Numbered from the stretch's first letter, positions 21,327 to 31,426 are shown. The stretch: 64,000 bases of DNA from an uncultured Actinomycetota bacterium (GCA_963820065.1 CAWFYM010000001.1:168767-232766); one strand, 5' to 3'. Numbers and translations: made by a program. Notes: a model not told the origin generated them from the sequence alone.

Positions 21327-22238
21327 TCAGCTCGCGGGGCTTGTCGCTGCGTCGAGGGCCGAGACCAGCTCGTCTCGTTCGGCCTCGGCAGCCGCGAGCC
21401 GCTGAGCGAGCTCAGACATCCGGCCCTCGGCGCCGGCCAGGCTGGCGGCGAGCTCGGTGATGGTGGCTTCAGCCTCACGGTGCCGGATCTGCCATTCCTG
21501 CACAGCGTTGGTCACGGTCCGCAGCTGGGACTCCGCATCTGCGGTGCGCTGCTCCGCGGCCTGACGGACCTGCTCGCTGGCCTCCAGGAGCGCTCGCATC
21601 GCCCGGACCTCTTCGGTGTGGTCGGGAACGGGTGCGGCGAGGGTTGGCGCGACGGCAGCCTCGGCGAACGGGGACGCTGACGGCGCGGGCTCGGTTGCGG
21701 CTTCGGCCGGCACCCCAGCCACCCCAGCCAGACCAGCAGGCACCTCGTCCGCGATCGGCGCGAGGGGAACGGGGGCGAACGGGTCGATCGTCGAGGTGAT
21801 CTCGGTCGAGGTGATCTCGACGTCGGCGGTCACGTCAGACGTGATCGCGACGGGGAACGCGTCTGTGGGTTCCTGTTCTGAGTCGTCCGGAACGGGCTCG
21901 GCGACAGCCTCGTCGGTCGCCTTGGCGCGCCGACCGCGGCCCAGCGCGATCCCGAAGACCTTCCGAGGTGCGTCGGTGGGTGCTTCGGCTGTCGCTGCGG
22001 CGATCGAGGGCGCCGCTTCGGCAGCGGGCTCGGACGGCGGGGCGAAGGTCACGTCGGCCGGGAGCTCCTCTGCGGTGGGGAGGGCCGAGCCTGACTCATC
22101 TGCGGCGGCAGCCGCGAACTCGGCCCCGGTCGCGTCCGAGTCGCTCTTCAGCTTCTTGGCGTTGGCCTGAGGGAGGACGTCGATGGCGGGACGCGCGAGC
22201 GCACCAGCGATCTCGGCGTCGTACAGCTCTGCAGACAT
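21327..22238 (-). CDS. hypothetical Ala/Pro/Glu-rich protein with C-terminal coiled coil
   Basis: 303-aa ORF with GC3 around 80%. It is low-complexity with an internal ITSTEITSTI repeat and a C-terminal heptad-like EQVRQAAEQRTADAESQLRTV...ELAQRLAAAEAERDELVSAL. I recognise no family. Confidence 0.5.
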   Translation of the reverse strand: MSAELYDAEIAGALARPAIDVLPQANAKKLKSDSDATGAEFAAAAADESGSALPTAEELPADVTFAPPSEPAAEAAPSIAAATAEAPTDAPRKVFGIALGRGRRAKATDEAVAEPVPDDSEQEPTDAFPVAITSDVTADVEITSTEITSTIDPFAPVPLAPIADEVPAGLAGVAGVPAEAATEPAPSASPFAEAAVAPTLAAPVPDHTEEVRAMRALLEASEQVRQAAEQRTADAESQLRTVTNAVQEWQIRHREAEATITELAASLAGAEGRMSELAQRLAAAEAERDELVSALDAATSPAS

Positions 22239-22280
22239 GGGACCTCCACGGGCACGGAACGATCTCCCTCCCGATATCGG

Positions 22281-23348
22281 TCACCCCCCAGAAGACCTTG
22301 ACCCCTCGATGCCGATCTTCCTGTCCGCGTGTTTGGCGGCGACCCAGGCGTCCATGTCGGTCCACACGTCGAGCAGCCAGGCCTCGCGCTCGTCCTCGGG
22401 CGGGACCTGCTCACGTGGGACCAGGGTCCACGCGACCGTGAGCTGGTTGTCCTGGGGAATCGCGCGCCAGAGCTCATCGACCTCGTCGAGGTCGTCGAGC
22501 CCGGCATGCGCGGCGTACACCGCGTCGGCGTCCGGGCAGGCGTCCAGAGCGGCGAAGGCGCCCGCCGTGTGGGGGAGCAGGAGGTGGGTCAGGCTCTCGG
22601 CACGGCTGGCCGCTTCGAGGTCCCCCTTCTCTCGGAGGCGCTCGATGCGGCGTAGTCGCCGCTCCTCGGTGAAGTTCCCTCCCTCGGGGAAGATCAACAG
22701 CGCGTCTGCCGGCCCCATGCCAGAGGCCAGGCTCGCGATCGCCGAAACCGGGTCGGCGCCCGGTCGGCGCTTGCTGGCCACGGTGTTGATGAACCGGTTG
22801 GGGAGCCGGTTCAGCAGGACATCGATGAACGGGTCGAGCTGGAGGGTGTGCTTGAGCACGATCCGTGGCCGTCGCCCCGCCCCCGACAGGATCTCGTGGG
22901 CCAACAAGAACGAATCGCCCGGACCGGCGTGACGGGACAACACGATCATCGGTCGATCGCGACCAGTCGCCGTGCTGATCTCGCGACCGGGGTCCTCGAC
23001 GACTGAGACCGTGAAGACCTGCTCGGCGACGGTCACCAAGGCACCAAGGGCCCAGCGCAGCAACCGGTAGTGCTGGTCGATGAACCACGGCGAACGGATC
23101 TTGTAGCCGAACCCGCTGCCGACCCAGAGGCCGAAGGCAGCGAGCAGCCCGAGCAGCTCGACGGCGAGGTAGGCCAGCGCAAAGGCCAGGAGCCTCAGCG
23201 CTCGCCACGATCCCGGGAGGAAGGGTGACGCCGCTGCGGCGCCGATCACGAGGAGCGGCAGGGACGCCAGGATGCCGAAGGCCACAGCCATCACGAGGGG
23301 TGCGATCAGCAGCCGCCGAAGCCACAACGGGGGCACGGGAAGATTCAC
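22281..23348 (-). CDS. lysophospholipid (1-acyl-sn-glycerol-3-phosphate) acyltransferase family protein
   Basis: N-terminal TM helices; acyltransferase motifs SRHAGPGD (HX4D) and IFPEGG. GTG start at 23348 overlaps the patatin stop (GTGA). Confidence 0.75.
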   Translation of the reverse strand: MNLPVPPLWLRRLLIAPLVMAVAFGILASLPLLVIGAAAASPFLPGSWRALRLLAFALAYLAVELLGLLAAFGLWVGSGFGYKIRSPWFIDQHYRLLRWALGALVTVAEQVFTVSVVEDPGREISTATGRDRPMIVLSRHAGPGDSFLLAHEILSGAGRRPRIVLKHTLQLDPFIDVLLNRLPNRFINTVASKRRPGADPVSAIASLASGMGPADALLIFPEGGNFTEERRLRRIERLREKGDLEAASRAESLTHLLLPHTAGAFAALDACPDADAVYAAHAGLDDLDEVDELWRAIPQDNQLTVAWTLVPREQVPPEDEREAWLLDVWTDMDAWVAAKHADRKIGIEGSRSSGG

Positions 23349-24177
23349 GACCGGCCCAGGTTGTGGTCGTCGAGATAGCCCGCCGCGGCGTCGTACGACC
23401 GTTGGATCCTGCTCGGCACCCGGCTCAGGTCGCGGCTCTTGAGCTGGCCGGGGTCGTTGTAGCGCAGCTGCTCGCCGGTCGGCAGCACGTGGGCGGTCAC
23501 GTGGTCAGGAAGCGCCTCGAGATCGCCGGCGTAGCGGTGGCGACGTGCGATCTCAAAGGCGACGAGCGCCACTTCCCACGGCTTGGTGGGTGGCGTGAGC
23601 GGCTCCTCGACCCGCCCCACCTGAAGGACGTAGATCTCCGTCGCGCCCAGGTCGACGGCCCGGCCGAGTGGGATTGAGTCGACGATCCCACCGTCGAGGA
23701 AGTGCTCCCCGTCGATCTCCACGGGAGGGAAGAGCCCGGGGACGGCGGAGGAGGCCATGATCGCCGGGATCAGCGGACCGCGGTCGAAGTAGTGAGCCTG
23801 CGCGCGCTGGATGCTCGCCGCGACGCATTGGAACGGCACGGGCAGGTCCTCGATGAGCCGGTAGGGAAGATGCGCCTCCAGAAGCTTGCGCAGGGCTGTG
23901 TTGCTCGTGACCGACGTTCGCGTGCGTGCGAGTGTCTGCAACTTCGTGTAGACCGAGCCACCGAAGACGTCGGTGTCCTGGATCCCCGTCCAGACCTCGG
24001 CCATCAGATCGACCGTCCCCGCGGTCGGGTCCGCCGCGATCATGGCGCCGTTGATGGCGCCGATGCTGGTGCCGATGACGAGGTCGGGCACGATGCCGCG
24101 CTCGATCAACGCCTTGAGCATGCCGACCTCGTGGGCGCCGAGCGGCCCCCCTCCGCCGAGGACGAACGCGGTGCTCA
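23345..24177 (-). CDS. patatin-like phospholipase family protein
   Basis: From GTG near 24177 (RBS GGGAGGAG): VSTAFVLGGGGPLGAHEVGMLKAL... (GGGxxG), GTSIGA (GxSxG) and DGG in the C-terminal half. The track ORF to 24628 is an Arg/Pro-rich extension. Confidence 0.8.
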
Positions 24178-24395
24178 CCGGACGGTCTCCTCCCAGGCGC
24201 CGCCTGTGCGGGCGGGGGTCGAACCTACCGGCGCCTGGGTTTGAGCGGGCGAGTCGCCGGGGATGAGTCCCAAGCCCGCCCCGCTCCGGCGGCCTCCGGC
24301 GTCGCCACGAGCGGGGCGGGACCAACCTTGGGCCGTGGCCCGGCCACCCGCTCGACGATCGTGCGGGTGGGTCCGGACTCGTCATCCACAGACTC

Positions 24396-25913
24396 ATGTG
24401 GGGGATACCCACGGTCGATGGACGCGTTCTAGGTTGGCCGCCATGGAGATCGCTCCGGGCGTACGGTCCGGAGTCCGTCGGGTGCGCTCCGAGCGACTCG
24501 GCGCCGGCGGGATGGTGCTGGCCGCGGCAGCGCCTGCTGCTCACGGCTTGCGCGTCGTCGGCCGGGACGCCGGGCAGCTTGGCGCCCCTCGAGCCCACGG
24601 AGGTGGCCACCCCGGTGGCCTCGGCCACCCCGTCCGAGTCAGCGACGACGGAGTCCGAGGAAGCAGCTATCGAAGCCGCGGTACGGGAGTACTTCGCGGC
24701 GATGGACGAAGCGGTCCGACCGGCGATGTCTCAGACGTTCGTCGCCGGCAACCACGCGCCGACGTGTCCCTGCCGAAGTTCTTGCGGACTGCCGTGAAGC
24801 AGGGCGTTCGCGCAGGGTGAGGATCGTGGGAGCGAGTGGCGGTTGATTGACCTTTCAGCGAGCGTGACACCGGTTCCGGTCGCGCAGTGTCGACGGTGAC
24901 CTACAAGACAGTCCGCGATACGAGACAGCGATCCGACGATGGTGACCGTCAAGAGCTTCGAAGCCTAGCACCGTCGCCAAGATCCAGCGAGGTCGTTCTG
25001 GTCCAGATCGCGGGCCGATTGGTTCGGTCGGGCCGACGAGATGCTCATCTCGGAGACGCTCATGAGGGTGCGGCTTGGCTGGTCTCCTCTCGCTACGGCG
25101 ATGTCGCGCTGGTTGCTCCAGCACTGTCTCGGCCGACGCGGCACGGATGCGACATCGGTATCGTCTGCGAGGTCGTATGGCAATGATGAGTTGAAGGCCA
25201 TCGAGGGGCGGGTGTTGATTCCGGCGGAAGGGTTCGAGGGCGATCCCGGGGTCCGGCACGAGGCGGCTACCTGTGACGGCTGCTCGTGGGCGCTCACGCC
25301 CAGCTGTGCCGGCAACGACGAGAACACGCAGAATGGCTGTGCTGCGACGGTCACCCTCTGCCCGCCGCCAGCCCTTCGCTACGACATCCTGCGCCGACGA
25401 CCCGGCGAGGCCGCGTTCGTCTTTGTCGGGTCGACCTGCATTGCTCCCGGGACGCCCTTGACCGTCGACGACCTGACGCCCCAGGTTCGCGACCACTTCC
25501 TCGACCTGCTCCCCGACCAGCAGCCCTCCTTCCAACCGACCGCGGGGGCGTTGGTCAACGTGCCCGCGTTGTTTGCCGCAGGGCAGCCCCGGACGATCGG
25601 GCGGGACACGTTCGACCTGGCTGGGTTCACCGTGGTGCTCACCGCCGACGCTCGCTGGACCTGGGACTTCGGTGATGGCGCCACGCAGACGTACGACGTG
25701 CCTGGTGGGCCGTACCCCAACGACGACGTCGCTCATACCTACCTGGACTCGGAAGATCGGGCCGTCGTGGTCACGACCACCTGGGACGGCGAGTTCATGG
25801 TCGACGGGCTCGGTCCGTTCCCCGTAGCCGGGCCGCCGGTGACCCAGGTGAGTCCTCCGCTGCTTGTCCCCGTGCGCGGCGCGCGGTCGGAGCTCGTCTC
25901 CGGGGACGGCTGA
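24396..25913 (+). pseudogene. Possible disrupted secreted lipoprotein/PKD-like gene, comprising lipobox-containing N-terminal fragments (24396-24797, in two frames) and a PKD-like C-terminal ORF (25041-25913), separated by a lower-GC stretch with stops in all frames
   Basis: One frame gives MVLAAAAPAA (h-region). The +1 frame gives LLLTACASSAGTPGS (lipobox LTAC), then PTEVATPV...AAIEAAVREYFAAMDE. The downstream ORF carries a Cys-rich segment and TWDFGDGATQTY (PKD-like WDFGDG) with no signal peptide of its own. Confidence 0.35.
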
Positions 25914-26077
25914 TCGGCGAGCGCCGAGCGCGGGGATGGGATTCGGCGTTGGTGAACGGCAACTGTCGGAGGATGGGCTCGGCTGAAGCCCGGAAACGGC
26001 TCCTCCGTGTCCGGTACGGTCGCGGCGAGGTGGGCGGTAAGGCCGTTCTGCCCGGCTGGTGCGAGGAGAGGACCTGC

Positions 26078-26486
26078 GATGTCGACGATCGTCGTCGGGT
26101 ACGTGGACACCCCCGAGGGCCGTGCCGCCCTCACCCGTGGCGTCGAGGAGGCCAAGCTGCGCTCGAGCCGCCTCGTGGTCGTGAACTCGAGCAAGGAGGG
26201 GCCGCAGAGCAGCAAGCAAGCGGTCAAGGTCGAAGAGCTGCTCGAGAGCATCCGTGCCGATCTCGCTGGCGTGGGCATCGACTTCGCTGTGCGCGGCCTG
26301 GTCCGAGGGCAGGAGGTGGCCGAAGACGTTGTGGACGTCGCTCATGAGGAGGCCGCCGAGCTGCTGGTCATCGGCCTTCGTCGGCGCAGTCCAGTCGGCA
26401 AGCTGATCCTTGGCAGCAACGCCCAGCGGATCCTGCTCGACGCGGACTGCCCCGTGCTGGCCGTCAAGGCCGCCAAAGACGCGTGA
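26078..26486 (+). CDS. universal stress protein (UspA family)
   Basis: MSTIVVGYVDTPEGRAAL...LLVIGLRRRSPVGKLILGSNAQRILLDADCPVLAVK is the UspA fold. RBS GGAGAGGA precedes the ATG. Confidence 0.85.
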
Positions 26487-27076
26487 CGGCACAGTCGCTG
26501 AGGCTTGCCCAGGAGCCGGCCGCGGACGCTCTGCTCACGAACGACCCGTTCGCCTTGCTCGTGGGAATGCTGCTCGACCAGCAGTTCCCCATGGAGCGGG
26601 CGTTCGCGGGGCCCTACCTCATCGCCTCCCGGATGGGCACTCCGACCCGGCTGGATCCGGCGGCCATCGCGGCCGCTGATCCTGAGGAGTTCCGAGCGCT
26701 GATGACCGGACCACCGGCGGTGCATCGGTATCCAGGATCGATGGGAGAGCGGGTGCAAAGCCTCGCTGCCCTGGTCGTCGAGACCTATGACGGCGACGTG
26801 GAGCGGCTATGGACCGAAGCCACGTCCGGCGCCGATCTGCTCGGACGTTTGCAGGCGCTTCCCGGGTTCGGGCGGCAGAAGGCCCAGATCTTCGTCGCCC
26901 TGCTCGGCAAGCAGCGCGCGGTCAGACCGGAAGGGTGGCGAGAGGCCGCGGGAGCGTACGGCGACGACGATTCACGGCGCTCGGTCGCCGATGTGCGTGA
27001 CCAGGTGACCTTGAGCGAGGTGCGCGCTTTCAAGCAGGAGGCCAAGGCGGCTGCAAGGGCTGCCAAGGGCTCGTGA
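26483..27076 (+). CDS. HhH-GPD-type base excision DNA repair protein
   Basis: GTG overlaps the usp stop (GTGA). ...LLVGMLLDQQFPMERAF... and LQALPGFGRQKAQIFVALLG form the HhH motif. Confidence 0.7.
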   Translation: MTAQSLRLAQEPAADALLTNDPFALLVGMLLDQQFPMERAFAGPYLIASRMGTPTRLDPAAIAAADPEEFRALMTGPPAVHRYPGSMGERVQSLAALVVETYDGDVERLWTEATSGADLLGRLQALPGFGRQKAQIFVALLGKQRAVRPEGWREAAGAYGDDDSRRSVADVRDQVTLSEVRAFKQEAKAAARAAKGS

Positions 27077-27331
27077 CTCGGACCGTCTCGGGTTCGCGAG
27101 ACGTGTGGGGAACACCAGAGGCGCTCGCCTCGTTTGACCGAGAGTTCGCCGCCTCTGAGCCGTCGATCCGAGCGCCGCAACCCCCCGCGCGGCGACACGG
27201 CGGGTCGAGACGAATTACAATGGTCAGGTCGCGTCCGGCTCGGCCCGGACCCCCAAGCCTTCCGCCCCGTGCATCTCGCCCTCGTCGGCGGTGCTCCGGT
27301 GCTCTTATACCCGTACGTCGAGAGGTTGTCC

Positions 27332-28837
27332 GTGTCGTCGGTCCGTCGCCCCACAGCTGAGTCGAATGACGTCGTGGACGCCGATTCCCGGACTCGGGTT
27401 CACGCGGCCAAGGCGGCAACCAAGACCGCCGTCACCGCCAAGGCCGCGAAGTCGGCACCATCAAAGTCGGCACCATCGAAGTCGGCGGCCACGAAGGCCG
27501 CAGCGTCCAACGGGAAGGCCGCGACGCCGGCCAAGGCGAGCCCGACCAAGGCTGCGGCTGCTAAGACCTCCGCGTCAAAGACCGCGGCCGCGAAGACAGC
27601 GCCCGCTAAGACCGCGGCAGCCAAGGCGGGGGAGGCCAAAGCCCGACCAGCGAAGGCTGCGAAGGCTGCGCCGGCGAAGTCCACACCGGCGAAGTCCACA
27701 CCGGCCAAGGCTGCAGCGAAGTCCGCTTCGAAGTCTGCTTCGAAGGCCAGCGACAAGGATGAGCCGGCGGGCGATGCCGCCAAGGGGACGGCGACAGCCG
27801 ACGAGCCCGAGGGTGCCGAGGGTGCCGAGGGTTCCGAGGTCAAGCCGGAGGATGCCAAGGACGGCTCGTTCACGCTGTCCGACAGCGACGAGGGCGACGA
27901 GCCCGTCCAGCAGGTCGTGGTCGCAGGCGCCACCGCCGACCCGGTCAAGGACTACCTCAAGCAGATCGGCAAGGTTCCCCTGCTCAACGCCGAGCAGGAG
28001 GTCGAGCTGGCGAAGCGCATCGAGGCTGGCCTGTTCGCCGAGGAGAAGATCAACTCCGGCGACAAGTTCAACGCTCAGCTGCGCCGGGAGCTCGACTGGA
28101 TCGCCGAAGACGGCCGCCGGGCCAAGAACCACCTGCTCGAGGCCAACCTTCGGCTCGTGGTCTCGCTGGCCAAGCGCTACACGGGCCGCGGCATGCTCTT
28201 CCTCGACCTGATCCAGGAGGGCAACCTCGGCCTGATCCGCGCAGTGGAGAAGTTCGACTACACCAAGGGCTACAAGTTCTCGACCTACGCCACGTGGTGG
28301 ATCCGCCAGGCGATCACCCGGGCGATGGCCGACCAGGCCCGGACGATCCGCATCCCGGTCCACATGGTCGAGGTCATCAACAAGCTCGCCCGGGTGCAGC
28401 GGCAGATGCTGCAGGACCTTGGTCGCGAGCCGACTCCGGAGGAGCTCGCCAAGGAGCTCGACATGACCCCGGAGAAGGTCGTCGAGGTCCAGAAGTACGG
28501 CCGTGAGCCGATCTCCCTGCACACCCCGCTGGGCGAGGAGGGTGACAGCGAGTTCGGAGACCTGATCGAGGACTCCGAGGCGGTCGTCCCCGCCGACGCC
28601 GTGTCGTTCACGTTGCTGCAGGAGCAGCTGCACCAGGTGTTGGACACGCTCTCCGAGCGTGAGGCCGGCGTCGTGTCGATGCGGTTCGGGCTCACCGATG
28701 GGCAGCCCAAGACGTTGGACGAGATCGGCAAGGTCTACGGCGTCACCCGCGAGCGCATCCGCCAGATTGAGTCCAAGACCATGTCGAAGCTGCGCCACCC
28801 GTCTCGCTCGCAGGTCTTGCGCGACTACCTCGACTGA
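27332..28837 (+). CDS. rpoD: RNA polymerase principal (group 1) sigma factor with Lys/Ala/Pro-rich N-terminal tail
   Basis: GTG at 27332 after GAGAGG. Regions 1.2-4 are all present ([58 protein letters not shown], region 4 [31 protein letters not shown]). About 200 aa of AK(S/T)APAK repeats precede region 1.2. Confidence 0.9.
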   Translation: MSSVRRPTAESNDVVDADSRTRVHAAKAATKTAVTAKAAKSAPSKSAPSKSAATKAAASNGKAATPAKASPTKAAAAKTSASKTAAAKTAPAKTAAAKAGEAKARPAKAAKAAPAKSTPAKSTPAKAAAKSASKSASKASDKDEPAGDAAKGTATADEPEGAEGAEGSEVKPEDAKDGSFTLSDSDEGDEPVQQVVVAGATADPVKDYLKQIGKVPLLNAEQEVELAKRIEAGLFAEEKINSGDKFNAQLRRELDWIAEDGRRAKNHLLEANLRLVVSLAKRYTGRGMLFLDLIQEGNLGLIRAVEKFDYTKGYKFSTYATWWIRQAITRAMADQARTIRIPVHMVEVINKLARVQRQMLQDLGREPTPEELAKELDMTPEKVVEVQKYGREPISLHTPLGEEGDSEFGDLIEDSEAVVPADAVSFTLLQEQLHQVLDTLSEREAGVVSMRFGLTDGQPKTLDEIGKVYGVTRERIRQIESKTMSKLRHPSRSQVLRDYLD

Positions 28838-29009
28838 ACAGACGGCGCACCGCCTGCTCGGCAGGAGGGCCCGTCCCGACATACGTATCAAACGGCGCCT
28901 GCGCGCGCTTAGACCCTCTCGAGCGTCGCCTGGTGAGGGTCGGATGCCCCGTGAGCGAGGACGGATCCGCCGCGCGCGATGAGCTCGGTGATGGCTCGCG
29001 TGCGTTCGG

Positions 29010-29249
29010 TCAGGCCGCAGCGGCGAGAAGGTCGCGGACCTGACTGGCCGTCGGGACTCGACCCGACACGACGACCTTCTCGTCCACGACGAGGCCGGGG
29101 GTGGACATGACTCCATAGCCCGCGATGGCGCGGTAGTCCTCGACCTTCTCGATCGTGGCGTCCAGACCGAGGTCGGCCAGCGCTTCGCGGGTGATGCGTT
29201 CGAGGTTCTTGCAGTTCTTGCAACCGGGACCGAGCACCTTGATGATCAT
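29010..29249 (-). CDS. thioredoxin family protein (redox-active disulfide protein 2-like)
   Basis: 79 aa: MIIKVLGPGCKNCKNLERITREALADLGLDATIEKVEDYRAIAGYGVMSTPGLVVDEKVVVSG, with a CxxC motif. RBS GGAGACAACG precedes the ATG. The longer track ORF upstream is junk. Confidence 0.8.
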   Translation of the reverse strand: MIIKVLGPGCKNCKNLERITREALADLGLDATIEKVEDYRAIAGYGVMSTPGLVVDEKVVVSGRVPTASQVRDLLAAAA

Positions 29250-29272
29250 CGTTGTCTCCTTCGGGATGTGTG

Positions 29273-30331
29273 CTAAGTGGCCAGGACGATGTTGAACAGG
29301 TAGCCGACGGCGACGATGCCGACTCCGACGACGGCCACGAAGGTGCCGATGAGCTGCGGTTTGAGAACCCGACGGAGCAGGATCAGCTCCGGGAGTGACA
29401 GGGCGACGACGCTCATCATGAAGGCGAGCAGGGTGCCCATCGGCAGGCCCGCGTCGTGCAGGGACTGGACCAGGGGCATGACCCCGGCGGCGTTGGAGTA
29501 GAGCGGGACCCCGATGAGGACCGCGACGACGACGCCGAGTGGGTTGGACGCGTTGGCGTAGGTGGTGAAGAAGTCCGTGGGCACCCAGCCGTGGATGACC
29601 GCACCGAGGCCGATGCCGACGAGCAGATAGGGCCAGATCCTGTGCAGGATCGCACCGACCTCCTCCAGACCCATCTGGATGCGGTCGTCCCACGTCAGGT
29701 CGGCTGTGGAGTCGATCACCGTGCCACCCAGCCGGGTTTCGAAGACGAACGGCTCGACCCACCTGTCCACCCCGAGCCGGCCGAGAACCATGCCTGCCAC
29801 GATCGCCACGGTCAGTCCCGCGCCGATGTAGAGGATGGTCGGGCCAAGCCCGAACAGGCCGAACAGCAGGCCGATGGCGATCTCGTTGACCAAGGGGCTG
29901 GCGATGAGGAAGCTCATCGTGACGCCGATCGGAACGCCCGCCGCGACGAAGCCGATGAAGGCCGGGACGGCGCTGCAGGAGCAGAACGGGGTCACTACCC
30001 CCAAGCCGGCAGCCATGACGTTGCCGACGCCCTCGCGCTTGCCGCCGAGCAGGGCACGGGTCCGTTCGATCGACATGAAGGAGCGCAGCACGGTGACGGC
30101 GAAGATGATGCCGACCAGCAGCAGCGTGATCTTGACGGTGTCGTAGCAGAAGAACAGCACCGCCGAGCCTGCACCGGAGGTCAGGTCAAGCCCGAGCATG
30201 GTCCCGAGGAGCCAGGACCAGAACGGCGCGTTGAGCTTGTAGAGCGCGATCCAGATGACCGTTGCGGCTGTGAGTCCCACCCATCGCCTGGTGGGCGTGC
30301 TCGGGCGGAGCCGTTCGGCCACGGTGGTCAT
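29273..30331 (-). CDS. permease (DUF318/YraQ-type predicted permease family)
   Basis: MTTVAERLRPSTPTRRWVGLTAATVIWIALY... with 8-10 TM helices and PFCSCSAVP Cys motif. ATG at 30331 overlaps the arsR stop (ATGA). Confidence 0.75.
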   Translation of the reverse strand: MTTVAERLRPSTPTRRWVGLTAATVIWIALYKLNAPFWSWLLGTMLGLDLTSGAGSAVLFFCYDTVKITLLLVGIIFAVTVLRSFMSIERTRALLGGKREGVGNVMAAGLGVVTPFCSCSAVPAFIGFVAAGVPIGVTMSFLIASPLVNEIAIGLLFGLFGLGPTILYIGAGLTVAIVAGMVLGRLGVDRWVEPFVFETRLGGTVIDSTADLTWDDRIQMGLEEVGAILHRIWPYLLVGIGLGAVIHGWVPTDFFTTYANASNPLGVVVAVLIGVPLYSNAAGVMPLVQSLHDAGLPMGTLLAFMMSVVALSLPELILLRRVLKPQLIGTFVAVVGVGIVAVGYLFNIVLAT

Positions 30332-30639
30332 GGCGACGCGCCCACCAGCGCACTCGGCAGGGCCGCGTGCATGCGCCCCAGGGCGTCCGGGGCCAGGGCG
30401 TAGTCGATCCACCGCCCCCGTCGAGCGGTCGTCACCAGGCCCGCTTCCCGGAGCACCCTGAGGTGGTAGCTGAGCAAGTTGGTGGCGACCGGCACATGAT
30501 CCTGTAGGTCGCAGACACATCGCGGCGACTCGGCCAGGCGGGACAGGACGGTCCATCGGACCGGGTCCGCGATCACGCTGAGAACCGCGGCGGCAGCCGC
30601 CGCGTCACGGGACACGTCAGACGAACTTGTTCCAGCCAT
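30328..30639 (-). CDS. ArsR/SmtB family metalloregulator
   Basis: LSVIADPVRWTVLSRLAESPRCVCDLQDHVPVATNLLSYHLRVLREAGLV is a winged HTH with CVC metal-sensing motif. Confidence 0.85.
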   Translation of the reverse strand: MAGTSSSDVSRDAAAAAAVLSVIADPVRWTVLSRLAESPRCVCDLQDHVPVATNLLSYHLRVLREAGLVTTARRGRWIDYALAPDALGRMHAALPSALVGASP

Positions 30640-30744
30640 GATTGAAGTGTCGGGGGGATTGGCCCGCGGCAGACAGGGGCGAAGGTCCCCTCCTGGGCGT
30701 GGAGGTGAGGCCGTTCAGCGCACCGGGAGTGGCACGCTTGCGCC

Positions 30745-31353
30745 ATGACGGTCGACGAGATCGACTCCGGGCGCGGAGACGCGCGCGGGCCACTCGGACG
30801 ATCCCGGCTGATCTGGCTCGCGATCGGTGCCGCAGTCGCTGGTGGCTTGGTTTGGTGGCTCGTCGCGCAGGGCGGCCCTTCCGAGCCCGCCGCGATCGTC
30901 TCTCCGACACCGTCCGCGTCCCAGTCGCCGGGCACGCCGCAGCGGCCGGGCATCGCCGACGCAGAGCTCAGTCTCAGCGAGGTCTGCACGCCAACGACCG
31001 ACGGGCGTCGGTCTCTCACGGTGTCGTTCGCGATGGACAACGACAGCCCGGCCGAGCTCGTGGTCATGAGCGTCGTTCCCCAGCTTCCCCTCGGCGGCCT
31101 CACCCTCGACCGTGTTCGCGTGACCGGGGGAACCTGCTCGGCACCGTCAGGTGTGCTCGTCGGAGGGCGGGTCCCGGCTGGTGGCTCCGCCCACATGGTC
31201 ATGCGCTTCGCGCTGCCGGCTGAGTGCCCCACTGCGCTGCCCGTCGCGGCCCTCGTGACCACCCGGGTGTTCAACGTGAACCGCTCGGGGCAGCAGACCC
31301 GCGTACCGCTGCTCCCTGATCTCGGCAGTCTGGAGTTCGACTCCTGCGCCTAG
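30745..31353 (+). CDS. hypothetical membrane-anchored protein (single N-terminal TM; 4 Cys in ectodomain)
   Basis: MTVDEIDSGRGDARGPLGRSRLIWLAIGAAVAGGLVWWLVAQG... has good GC3. I recognise no family. Confidence 0.5.
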   Translation: MTVDEIDSGRGDARGPLGRSRLIWLAIGAAVAGGLVWWLVAQGGPSEPAAIVSPTPSASQSPGTPQRPGIADAELSLSEVCTPTTDGRRSLTVSFAMDNDSPAELVVMSVVPQLPLGGLTLDRVRVTGGTCSAPSGVLVGGRVPAGGSAHMVMRFALPAECPTALPVAALVTTRVFNVNRSGQQTRVPLLPDLGSLEFDSCA

Positions 31354-31426
31354 TGGCGGGGAGCGCGGTTTGGCGACGGGACGGGGGCCGCCTGCGGCGC
31401 GCCGGACTCTGGCACAGTGGTGCGGG

